From Fibrobacteria bacterium (lineage in GTDB: Bacteria; Fibrobacterota; Fibrobacteria; UBA11236), in contig JAYTSD010000037.1 in assembly GCA_043745805.1 (NCBI GenBank), forward strand, positions 32,001 to 96,000: a stretch of DNA of 64,000 bases, in the 5' to 3' direction. Shown here one piece after another: positions 46,211 to 54,768 of this stretch. Below the pieces are notes generated by a model. That model worked only from the letters and a program-made list of their open reading frames with translations. It was not told the origin of the DNA and ran no database searches. The first letter of the stretch is position 1. The number at the start of each line of letters is the position of its first letter. The translations under genes were made by a program, and so were the position numbers.

Positions 46211-47461
46211 ATGAAAAAATCATTCGCAAAACTAACTCTTTTAAGCGCTTTTATTTTTTGGAATTGCGTCGATGTTAATAATTCGGAGCGCAAAGAATCC
46301 ATAAATGACGAGAGTGTTATCTATGTGGCTTTGGGCAATAGTTTAACAGCGGGAATGCAAAACTCAGGATTAAAGCAATCTTATCAACTCGCGAGCTATC
46401 CAGCATTATTAGCAAAGCAAATGGGCGTTGAAGAATTTAATATGCCCATTATTGATACACCAGGGATTAGCACTACGCCTGGTTTCGGCCCTTTAAGAAT
46501 TGATTTTTTAAAGGGAGGACTTACTCAAGATCCGCTTACTGTTAAACCTGAAAATATGCTGCTCAATAAATTTTCACCCAAACCCTATAGTAACTTGGGT
46601 ATTCCGGGCGCTACAACAAAAGATTTTTTATATGCAACGGGATCCATAAACCCTAGCAACTCGTCCTTAAATGCAAGAGACACTTCCAATAAATTCTTTG
46701 ATATTGTACTGCGTGGAAATACTACTTGTATTCGCCAAGCTATTGCACAAAAGCCGAGCATCATCACGGTATGGATGGGTAATAATGATATTTTAGGTGG
46801 CGTATTAGCAGGGACTATAATTGAAGGGGTAACAGTTACTCCTTCAGCTATTTATGCTAATTTGATGAATCAAATAATAGATTCCTTAATAAATCAAACT
46901 TCTGCACAAATTTTTATTGCGACAATTCCCGACATTACCACAATTCCTTTTGTAACAACAGTGCCACCAATTTTGTTGGATTCTTTAATGCACCCAGTAG
47001 TAGTGGATAGCCATTATGTTCCTTTGCTGACCGAAGAAGACTCTGTAGTTTATGTAACATTACTTGCATTAACCAAAATAAAAGGAGATACATTAGGTAT
47101 CCCGAAAGCTTTTGGTGGTAAAGACAAAAAAATCCCAGCCTATTACACATTGACTAAATCTGAAGCGGCAACCGCTTCGCGTTTGGTAAAAGAATACAAT
47201 GATCACTTAAATACTTTAAAAAATGATAGAGTAACGATTGTGGATATGAATCAATTATTAAAGAACATAGGGGCTAATCAAATTGCGAATGTAAATGGGT
47301 TTTATCCTTTGGCCGTTCCCACTACAGTAACTTCAAAAAGTATTTTTAGTTATGATGGCGTGCATCCCAATTCACTGGGGTATAAATTAATTGCGAATGA
47401 ATATTTAAAAGCTATTAATGCGAAGATGAAAACGAATTACGTTTCAATACCTTTAAACTAA
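46211..47461 (+). CDS. SGNH/GDSL hydrolase lipoprotein
   Basis: Lipobox-like FWNC; blocks ALGNSLTAG, NLGIPGA, WMGNND, DGVHP. Confidence 0.88.
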   Translation: MKKSFAKLTLLSAFIFWNCVDVNNSERKESINDESVIYVALGNSLTAGMQNSGLKQSYQLASYPALLAKQMGVEEFNMPIIDTPGISTTPGFGPLRIDFLKGGLTQDPLTVKPENMLLNKFSPKPYSNLGIPGATTKDFLYATGSINPSNSSLNARDTSNKFFDIVLRGNTTCIRQAIAQKPSIITVWMGNNDILGGVLAGTIIEGVTVTPSAIYANLMNQIIDSLINQTSAQIFIATIPDITTIPFVTTVPPILLDSLMHPVVVDSHYVPLLTEEDSVVYVTLLALTKIKGDTLGIPKAFGGKDKKIPAYYTLTKSEAATASRLVKEYNDHLNTLKNDRVTIVDMNQLLKNIGANQIANVNGFYPLAVPTTVTSKSIFSYDGVHPNSLGYKLIANEYLKAINAKMKTNYVSIPLN

Positions 47462-47465
47462 GCCC

Positions 47466-48770
47466 TTAAATTTTAGGAATTCGTTCTAAAATTTTCTGCA
47501 ATCTTAAAAACTCATTATCCCTTGGAAATATTTGTAATCCAAGGGACGAGCTACTCAAGGCTTCCGTAAATTTTCCGCTGTGCGCCAACAATAAAGTTTT
47601 TAAAAGCCACAGAGTTCGTTGAAAATCATTATCGGTGGGAAAAATTTCTAAGTCTTGTAAATGCTTTAATCCATCTGCAAATCGATTCGCCGTCAAATCC
47701 AATTGCGCTAATGTGAGTAAGGCCCATGCTGAGGGTTTTCTACAGCTTTTTGCCAATCGAGTAGCCTTGGAGGCGAAAAAATCGCATAGTGTATATGGGA
47801 GCTCTAGCCGAGAATTATATTCGTGAACAAAAGCTAAATGCCCCCATTGTTCGTCATGATTAATATTTATACTACTTAAATTTTCTTTTACATCCCTATT
47901 TATAATTTCAAAAATTTTTTCAACTCGATATTTTGTTAAATGTTTGTTTTGTACTAATGCTTGTCCTGATCGAGCTATGGCCTCGGCTGCTTGTGGATGC
48001 ACTTGCGCCCAATGAATTTTTTGGATTAGATCTTTGGCATTTCCTGCTTCATAAACCAAATAGTCGCGGCCTATTTCTCCAATTTCATTATGCGAATGCG
48101 AAAGACTATCCGTAATTAATAAAGCGCCACAACCCATGGCTTCAAAAAACCGAAAATTTAAATCATCGGCAACCGATTGATTAAATACTATACGTGATTG
48201 CTGATAAGTTTGCGGAGCATTGCCTTCAAAGCCATGAATAACTAGGCCATGATCTTGTATCTGATTTATAAGTGATGCGCGTTGTGGATTTAAATCTGCA
48301 TTTATGAATCCGATGAATGACAGTTCAAATTTTCTTTCGACCCAAGGAATAAATTCCAGAGAGAGGGAAAAACATAAAGGCAGCCAAAACACATTGGGCT
48401 GAAAGCTTTGTAAACCGGAAACTTGATTGCTTTGCGCGCAAAACACCCAATCAAAAATAGGCGCATAATGCTTATGCCAATGACTATGTAAATGGGAATC
48501 TATGGCAAACCATATTTTGGGGATTGAAAACTCTTCTAATCCAAGATGAATCAATGGTGTTGAATTATCGACGAGAAAAATGAGATCCGGATTAAATTTT
48601 TCAACCCAACTGGAAATTATTTCGCGTGCTAATTCTGGGTTTTGAAAAAAATCAATATTGAAATCAAGCGGCGTATCCCCTGTTCTTCCAGGACAAAGTG
48701 CAATAACTTCATGTTTTAAGGTTCTTAATTCTTGTACAAATAGGCCCAATCCAATATTAAGAATGCGCAT
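47466..48770 (-). CDS. CgeB-like glycosyltransferase with TPR-like tail
   Basis: WFAIDSH, FDWVFCAQ, WLPL, SRIVFNQSVADDLNFRFFEAMGCGALLITD. Confidence 0.8.
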   Translation of the reverse strand: MRILNIGLGLFVQELRTLKHEVIALCPGRTGDTPLDFNIDFFQNPELAREIISSWVEKFNPDLIFLVDNSTPLIHLGLEEFSIPKIWFAIDSHLHSHWHKHYAPIFDWVFCAQSNQVSGLQSFQPNVFWLPLCFSLSLEFIPWVERKFELSFIGFINADLNPQRASLINQIQDHGLVIHGFEGNAPQTYQQSRIVFNQSVADDLNFRFFEAMGCGALLITDSLSHSHNEIGEIGRDYLVYEAGNAKDLIQKIHWAQVHPQAAEAIARSGQALVQNKHLTKYRVEKIFEIINRDVKENLSSININHDEQWGHLAFVHEYNSRLELPYTLCDFFASKATRLAKSCRKPSAWALLTLAQLDLTANRFADGLKHLQDLEIFPTDNDFQRTLWLLKTLLLAHSGKFTEALSSSSLGLQIFPRDNEFLRLQKILERIPKI

Positions 48771-48777
48771 GGGTACA

Positions 48778-49710
48778 CTAGTTAGGCGCGTGTGGAATAC
48801 GATGCAGTTTTTCTAGTAAATATTTATGCACGGTTTCATTTGTAGCAATGATGCCTTTTAAATGCGTAGGATCTTCGGTGCGGAATTGCAACGGATGTCC
48901 ATGATAATCGGTAATTCGTCCGCCGGCTTCTTGCAAAATAATTTGCGGGGCGCATAAATCCCAAAGACTCATAGAATGGCTTAAGGGAGAAATAAAAGCT
49001 GTGAAGTTTCCGCATGCCACTTCATTTATTTTTAGCGATCCATTTTGATGGGTAACCTGTGGATGCTCTAAAGTTTTAATTAAAAGCATTAACTCTTCGC
49101 TTTGTCGACCTTTAGAAAGTACCAGTTGGACAGTATGAATATTTGTTACGGAAATTTTTTGTGCGTACTGGGTAGCTTCCGATGCTTGATAAGTGGCTAA
49201 TTCGCTGATTAAGGAAATGCGGAAGCAACCTTCGTCTTGGGCAGCAAAAAAAATTTCTTGCTTTTCGGGTTTATAGGTGATTCCCAAAACGGGCTTACCT
49301 TTAAGGGTTAATCCGATGATAACTCCATAATCTTCACCACCGCTCACATAGCTCGATGTGGAATCAAGCGGATCGATAATCCAACAACGGTCCATAGCAA
49401 ACCACGGATTTTCAACGGACAAATGCTGATAGGTTTCCTCATTTAAAATGCCGTCCTGGGGAAAAGCTTTCTCAATTGCTCTATCCAAAAAAGCGGCGCA
49501 GGCGTGATCCACCTCGGTTACTATGGAATTATCCGGTTTTCGTCCCACGGTAAATTGGGTTTTCCTTTGTTCCAACAAAAAAGTTCCGGCTTCTTGAATC
49601 AGGGGATAGAGTACTTTCCATTCCGCATGAAACTTTGACTCCGCAAATAAAGGTGGTAAGGGAATTAGCTTTGGCTCAGGATGCGCTTGCGCTTTAGGGG
49701 TTTGGGACAT
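48778..49710 (-). CDS. Inositol monophosphatase / CysQ-family phosphatase
   Basis: VTEVD, LNEE, WIIDPLDST, WDLCAPQIILQEAGG; start probably ATG 49710. Confidence 0.88.
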   Translation of the reverse strand: MSQTPKAQAHPEPKLIPLPPLFAESKFHAEWKVLYPLIQEAGTFLLEQRKTQFTVGRKPDNSIVTEVDHACAAFLDRAIEKAFPQDGILNEETYQHLSVENPWFAMDRCWIIDPLDSTSSYVSGGEDYGVIIGLTLKGKPVLGITYKPEKQEIFFAAQDEGCFRISLISELATYQASEATQYAQKISVTNIHTVQLVLSKGRQSEELMLLIKTLEHPQVTHQNGSLKINEVACGNFTAFISPLSHSMSLWDLCAPQIILQEAGGRITDYHGHPLQFRTEDPTHLKGIIATNETVHKYLLEKLHRIPHAPN

Positions 49711-49955
49711 GGAGGAACTATACACTTTTTTATTACCAATGTCTCGTACGGAAAAGAAGTTAAAATAATTTGAGAAATAGCGAACATTTTGCCATGCTGA
49801 TGCGTCCAAGTATACAACAATATAGAACATACCTAGGTTTGTGTGTTCGGTAAAAAAGAGCGGTTATTGGCGCCGCCGAGGTTGCGATGGGCAACAGAAA
49901 AAATGATTTTTAATCACATTAAGTTTTACGGGAATATTAAAAAATACGTACCCGC

Positions 49956-50019
49956 GTAACGCCCCTCCACACCTTCGTTTCCCATGGACGCGAAGGTGTG
50001 GATACGGGGAATGGGTTAC
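49956..50019. repeat. GC-rich intergenic stem-loop of unknown function
   Basis: 12-bp perfect inverted repeat TCCACACCTTCG (49966-49977)/CGAAGGTGTGGA (49991-50002), extended by CCCC/GGGG and GTAAC/GTTAC. Confidence 0.7.
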
Positions 50020-50043
50020 AGCACCCCTTTCAATTGTTAAATT

Positions 50044-50607
50044 TTGCCCATGCTCAAAATGAATGCTGAAGATCTATGGAATCTTCTAAAAACTGAATCC
50101 TTGCCTTTATTAGGTCCGCAAAAACGAAGCGAAGCTTTAGCGCATGAGGTTTTATCAGAAAAGATTGCTCCAGAACATTTACCTGTGTTTGCAACAGAAG
50201 AGCAAAGAGATATTTTGCGAGGAGTTATTTTGCTTTGGCATGATGATTTAGAAAGCGCTCATGCGGTGGCTCAAGCCTTAGAGGGTGATCAGGATGCCGA
50301 CTTGCTGCATGCCATTTTGCATCGGCGTGAATCCGACTATTTCAATGCCAAATATTGGTCTCGTCAAGTAGGGAAACATGCCTGTTACATCAATTTAGCG
50401 CAGGAAACGGCGATTCGTTTGCGCGATTATCCAGTATGGAGAAATCAGTTATTGCCCAAAGGAGAATGGGATGGAAGTGTTTTTGTGGATTTATGTGCAG
50501 AAGTGGCTAAGCGCAATCCACAAGAACCTGATTATCGTGTACTGCAAGAGTTGCAAGGCATAGAGATACAAGAGTTTCTTAAATATTTAATGACGGGGCT
50601 GAAATGA
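50044..50607 (+). CDS. Conserved-looking hypothetical protein
   Basis: 187-aa ORF with LWHDDLESAH...HAILHRRESDYFNAKYW; ATGA overlap with the next gene; the start may be a few codons later. Confidence 0.7.
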   Translation: MPMLKMNAEDLWNLLKTESLPLLGPQKRSEALAHEVLSEKIAPEHLPVFATEEQRDILRGVILLWHDDLESAHAVAQALEGDQDADLLHAILHRRESDYFNAKYWSRQVGKHACYINLAQETAIRLRDYPVWRNQLLPKGEWDGSVFVDLCAEVAKRNPQEPDYRVLQELQGIEIQEFLKYLMTGLK

Positions 50608-51701
50608 CTTGGCAAACAAAAATCGTACCGGGATTTGGTTCGGAAAATGAACCGATACTTTCTGTACTCTGTAAAAGAACTTATGTATTTGCCAATGGTA
50701 AAATGGCTTTGGTGGATGCGAATGAACAAATTCCGTTTCATGAACAAGACAGTTTTTATGATGATAATGATCCGAAAAAAGATGCTCCCAAACATGAAAC
50801 CGATTTAATCGCCTATAAGCCATTAACCGATGTGATACTGCATGCCTCAGCAAAAGCTCCGCAAGGCAAAACGGCCTATTATTTGGATGTGGGTATTATG
50901 GTGGGTCAGTCGCAAAAGTTAGCACGAGTATTTGGGGAGCGGCATGCAATTATTACCGCTTCGGGATTAGCATTTTCTCAGCCCGAACCTTTTGATACGA
51001 TGCGTTTAGATTATTCCCGTGCTTATGGGGGCAGTGATTTGAAGTCTGCGCCAGGGACAGTTTTCACTTATGCGAAAAATCCTATTGGACAAGGATTTGT
51101 GATTAAAAATGATCCCGCTAGTTTACAAGGATTGCGATTACCCAATTTGGAGGATCCCTTTAAGTTGTTAACTCCTGCCAATTTGGTTTTAGGGAAATAT
51201 GAAAATTGGATGCAATTTCCCGATCCCGTTGCCTTTGGATTTTTACCCCGGAATGCGCACCCACGGTTTTTATTTGCGGGAATGTTACCGAAAGAAAAAT
51301 CCGATGCTGAAAATCATAGCAAGGTACATACCGAGGCTAAAGAGGATGTTGGGGATTCGGCAAGAGCTGATAGCGCTCCGCAGCCTATGATGAATTCTGA
51401 ATATTATAATGGTGCCTCCGCAGGTTTAAGGTTACCGTACCTTGAAGGTGACGAAACTATAAAGTTACGTTTTATGGATGCTCTTTTTCCGGCTTTTGAA
51501 TTTCAAATGAATTCCGAAAAGCCAACGCTTTGGCTCAATGTGGGCAAAGGGCAACAGTTACTAAAGCCAATTTTGCAAACCGTGGAAATTTTTAAAGAAA
51601 CCAATCAATATACAGTGATATGGTCTGGTTCCTTGCGGTATGGGGGAATTGAAACTTTGAAGGATTTACCACAACTAGATTTTGGGGTTACTTCTCAATA
51701 A
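50604..51701 (+). CDS. DUF2169-family T6SS accessory/adaptor protein
   Basis: ETDLIAYKPLTDVILHASA, ARVFGER, YSRAYGG, NPIGQGF, LPNLEDP, PVAFG, YYNGA, LEGDETI. Confidence 0.85.
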   Translation: MTWQTKIVPGFGSENEPILSVLCKRTYVFANGKMALVDANEQIPFHEQDSFYDDNDPKKDAPKHETDLIAYKPLTDVILHASAKAPQGKTAYYLDVGIMVGQSQKLARVFGERHAIITASGLAFSQPEPFDTMRLDYSRAYGGSDLKSAPGTVFTYAKNPIGQGFVIKNDPASLQGLRLPNLEDPFKLLTPANLVLGKYENWMQFPDPVAFGFLPRNAHPRFLFAGMLPKEKSDAENHSKVHTEAKEDVGDSARADSAPQPMMNSEYYNGASAGLRLPYLEGDETIKLRFMDALFPAFEFQMNSEKPTLWLNVGKGQQLLKPILQTVEIFKETNQYTVIWSGSLRYGGIETLKDLPQLDFGVTSQ

Positions 51702-51703
51702 AA

Positions 51704-52261
51704 TCAAAGGTTAGGGAAAAAACGATGTTGCAAGGCTATCGGTAATGCCAAACCTGCCGCTAATTTAATTCCACCCGCTATTCTCTCGAAAGCAGGAATA
51801 TCACTACCTGTTACCAATATTTTTTTAGAATCAGCTCCAATTTTTGCTTCGATAATAACGGTCGAAGCATGTTCATCGCCCGTATACATATCTTCCAGTG
51901 CATAAAAATGCTCTTCTTCAAATAAATCGAGCAGCCGAATAAGTACTTCTACGGATATTTTTCCTTCGTGAATTTCCGGTTGCGCTTTGTAATTTTCCGC
52001 ATAGGACAGCTTTACTTTCCCGTCTCCAGAGATGGAAATTTCTTGCTTTCCCATGCCTGTTTTTGCGGAATGGAAGGAATAGGAAATGAGGATGCCTGGA
52101 TAATCTTCTAATTTTAAACCAAATGGTAAATACTGTATTTGCTTATCCATTTTATTTCCTTTTGTGTGATTATTGTTTGCCGCTGCGGGAATCGAAATAA
52201 AAAAAATAAGTAATAAAAAAGTTCCCAGAATTTTTTCTTTAGTTAATAACATCTTTTTCAT
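51704..52261 (-). CDS. Small exported protein, DUF6438-like; candidate immunity protein or protease inhibitor
   Basis: Signal peptide, ISISGDGKV...GKIS...LLDLFEEEHFYALEDMY; ATGA overlap with the upstream metalloprotease-like gene. Confidence 0.55.
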   Translation of the reverse strand: MKKMLLTKEKILGTFLLLIFFISIPAAANNNHTKGNKMDKQIQYLPFGLKLEDYPGILISYSFHSAKTGMGKQEISISGDGKVKLSYAENYKAQPEIHEGKISVEVLIRLLDLFEEEHFYALEDMYTGDEHASTVIIEAKIGADSKKILVTGSDIPAFERIAGGIKLAAGLALPIALQHRFFPNL

Positions 52262-54429
52262 ATAGAGATTTTAAACCTTTTGGGAATAATATAACTGCTT
52301 CCAATGACGATTTTCGGATCAGTAATTGTCGAACCTTTTCCTAAAGATCCTGAATTGAAATATTTATTTCGATTATAAAATTCTTCTTTGTATTTAATTA
52401 GTACGCCGGCATCGTTTTTACCGAATGCATCAAATAACTGATCAATTGTGAAAAATTGTTTTTTACTCACATCAATATTTTTTAAATCTTTTGTCGCAGT
52501 AAATTTTCGTGATCCATCGAGATATTCATAACCACATTCTATGTTAAATTTTTTGAAGGTTTCGGCGATTTTACTCAGCCCATTTAATTTTAAGTCTTTC
52601 CAGTTATTATAAAAATCGAATATGGTATGTGGTTTTCTGAGATTATAGGTAAATGCTGGCCAAAATCCATCTTTTAACAAAAGGTTATTGATTTTTAGAA
52701 TATGCCACAGGGCTTCTTGTATGCTTCCTTCGCAATGTGGTCCGGTAGTTGTATTATCGGTATCGAGATACATGTCTAAAAAAGCATCGTAACCGTCATG
52801 ATAATGCGGATCATCAGATAAAGCGCAGGACAAAAAGGTTGCATGCCCTTCATCCCAAGCAGATTCATAATGTTCTTCAGTTGTTGGCCCATGTCCAGGT
52901 TCATCGTTGTATAGGTAACCGGCACTGCCTAAACCTCCTAGAGCGTGAAAACCAATAAAATGACCGTACTCATGTAAGATAACATCACGATCTTTTAAAT
53001 CGAGTTTTAGTAACTGCATTGTTTTGGAGGCGTTCGAAACGCTTTTTTCCGGTTCTGGATAATTTATTTTACATAGCGGCAAATCGTATTCCACCAGTTC
53101 TTTCATTCGTTTATGGCCGAACCAAACTGTTTTGTATGCGTCGCAAATATCAATAAAATGATCTTTTTTTATTTCGGTTTTTCCCAAATCCAGATTAGGA
53201 TTTTCTTTACTCCATTTGGAAGTATCTAAATCAAATTCATACCAAACAACTTCATTTAATTGAATATGAAAATCCGAATCTTTGAGTGTATTTGACAACC
53301 CTTGGACAAGTACAACCGAATTATCCCGATATTTTAAGTGGATTCTCAGGCGAGTTTTAGTAATCGCATTTATTTCCTTAAATTCGAATTCCCCATCATC
53401 CGACAAAAAAGTTGTAGAGTGTAAAATAAATTTTCCCGAGGGTTGATTCTCTAAATAAAGTTCACAATAGGCTCCGGGGAGTAATTCTTCTATTGCAGCA
53501 ATAACTTCGGTTTTAGGTAATTTTGGCGCGGTATTGTAATCCCATATCCGATTATAAAAAAGGCTGCCCGTTAGGGTAAACTTATTCGACTTCACCTCAC
53601 CTTCACATCCACAGCCATGAGCAAGATTATCGAAGAAAAGACATTGAAAGCTATCCTGATGCCTTGGTGTTTTCGGTTCCATGAGTTTTTTACAAGGAGA
53701 CATGTCGCCCAGCTTGCAAGGGATTTGTGGAAATTTTTCAGGATGAAAGAGAAAAAAGGAAACGCGGCGATTAGGTTCAAATTTTTCTTCGGTATTGACG
53801 ACAGGATTAAATTCACCGCAACCCATATATTTGGGTTCTAAAAATTGTTCGGCATCAATTTTAATATCATGCTTGCCACTCATATATTCACTAAATAGTA
53901 ACTTGCGAGTTTCCTTATCCGCATGGCCACTTTCGCTTAAGCTCCAAGATTTTTGAAACTCCTTAACAGCGGCTTGGGTTTTAGGTCCATCTTCACCATC
54001 AGCCAGGCCGGGTTTGTATCCCAGATCAATAAGCATTTCTTGAATAGGCCTTAAGCCCCAATTTTCTTTATTATATAGGTCTTCCCAGACATCCGTATCA
54101 TTTGTGATGAAGGCTAAGGCACTGTGGGCGCGGCGTTCGCTCAGTTCTTTATTATAACTGTCGCTGCCTACTTTGTCCGTATGGCCAAAAACAAAAACTC
54201 GCGCTAAGGGATGTTCTAAAAAAGCCGCTTCTAATTTTTTTATTTGGTCAACGACTTGTGGACGAATAAAGCTTTTATCAAAGGCGAAGGTAACTCCTGG
54301 TATACAAACGCAAGCAAGCACTTCCCAAGTTTTGGCCACAATTTGATATTTTCCAGCTGATAAAGCAATACCTTCATGCAGGCCATGAATATCGGAAATT
54401 ATTTTAACGCTTGAGGTATCTTTTCCCAC
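52258..54429 (-). CDS. OmpA C-terminal-like domain with inserted peptidoglycan-binding domain and C-terminal HEXXH metallopeptidase-like domain
   Basis: FAFDKSF, FGHTDKVG...NKELSERRA, NRRV (OmpA); LGYKPGLADGEDGPKTQAAVKEFQ (PG-binding); VILHEYGH...AWDEGHATF; no signal peptide. Confidence 0.78.
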   Translation of the reverse strand: MGKDTSSVKIISDIHGLHEGIALSAGKYQIVAKTWEVLACVCIPGVTFAFDKSFIRPQVVDQIKKLEAAFLEHPLARVFVFGHTDKVGSDSYNKELSERRAHSALAFITNDTDVWEDLYNKENWGLRPIQEMLIDLGYKPGLADGEDGPKTQAAVKEFQKSWSLSESGHADKETRKLLFSEYMSGKHDIKIDAEQFLEPKYMGCGEFNPVVNTEEKFEPNRRVSFFLFHPEKFPQIPCKLGDMSPCKKLMEPKTPRHQDSFQCLFFDNLAHGCGCEGEVKSNKFTLTGSLFYNRIWDYNTAPKLPKTEVIAAIEELLPGAYCELYLENQPSGKFILHSTTFLSDDGEFEFKEINAITKTRLRIHLKYRDNSVVLVQGLSNTLKDSDFHIQLNEVVWYEFDLDTSKWSKENPNLDLGKTEIKKDHFIDICDAYKTVWFGHKRMKELVEYDLPLCKINYPEPEKSVSNASKTMQLLKLDLKDRDVILHEYGHFIGFHALGGLGSAGYLYNDEPGHGPTTEEHYESAWDEGHATFLSCALSDDPHYHDGYDAFLDMYLDTDNTTTGPHCEGSIQEALWHILKINNLLLKDGFWPAFTYNLRKPHTIFDFYNNWKDLKLNGLSKIAETFKKFNIECGYEYLDGSRKFTATKDLKNIDVSKKQFFTIDQLFDAFGKNDAGVLIKYKEEFYNRNKYFNSGSLGKGSTITDPKIVIGSSYIIPKRFKISI

Positions 54430-54461
54430 CGTTTAAAAATAAATGAATTCTTTGATAAAAA

Positions 54462-54477
54462 GGTGAGGGTTGTCACA
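54462..54477. promoter_or_regulatory. CRP/FNR-family-type site
   Basis: GGTGA-GGGTTG-TCACA, 9/10 match to TGTGA-N6-TCACA, 32 bp upstream of the 54429 start. Confidence 0.45.
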
Positions 54478-54606
54478 ATCTAACCGGTTTTTTTTGGAGA
54501 AACAATTTATCTTCAACCCATTGGAAGTACAAAGCTTGATATGTTATTATTTACACAGGAGAGTTAAATTTATCTCTCCTCATCATTAATTATAAAAGGA
54601 GATCCT

Positions 54607-54708
54607 ATGGGCAAGGAAAAAAACACTCAAAAAGACGTCAAAAAACCAGCCGCGAAAACTCTTAAAGAAAAACGCGAAGAGAAAAAAGTTAAAAAAGCTG
54701 GCAAGTAA
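54607..54708 (+). CDS. 33-aa lysine-rich small protein
   Basis: AAAGGAG RBS, ATG 54607, MGKEKNTQKDVKKPAAKTLKEKREEKKVKKAGK*, followed by a terminator; not in the ORF track. Confidence 0.8.
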   Translation: MGKEKNTQKDVKKPAAKTLKEKREEKKVKKAGK

Positions 54709-54725
54709 ATAAATCTTTTAGATTT

Positions 54726-54756
54726 AAAAAAAGGGAAGGTTCGCCTTCCCTTTTTT
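54726..54756. terminator. Bidirectional intrinsic terminator
   Basis: A7-GGGAAGG-TTCG-CCTTCCC-T6. Confidence 0.9.
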
Positions 54757-54768
54757 ATGTCGGTGAAC

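Noticed and set aside
49902-49918. Third CRP-like site (AATGA...TCACA) upstream of the DUF2169 operon
   Set aside because: The spacer is 7 rather than 6 bp and the left half-site is weak
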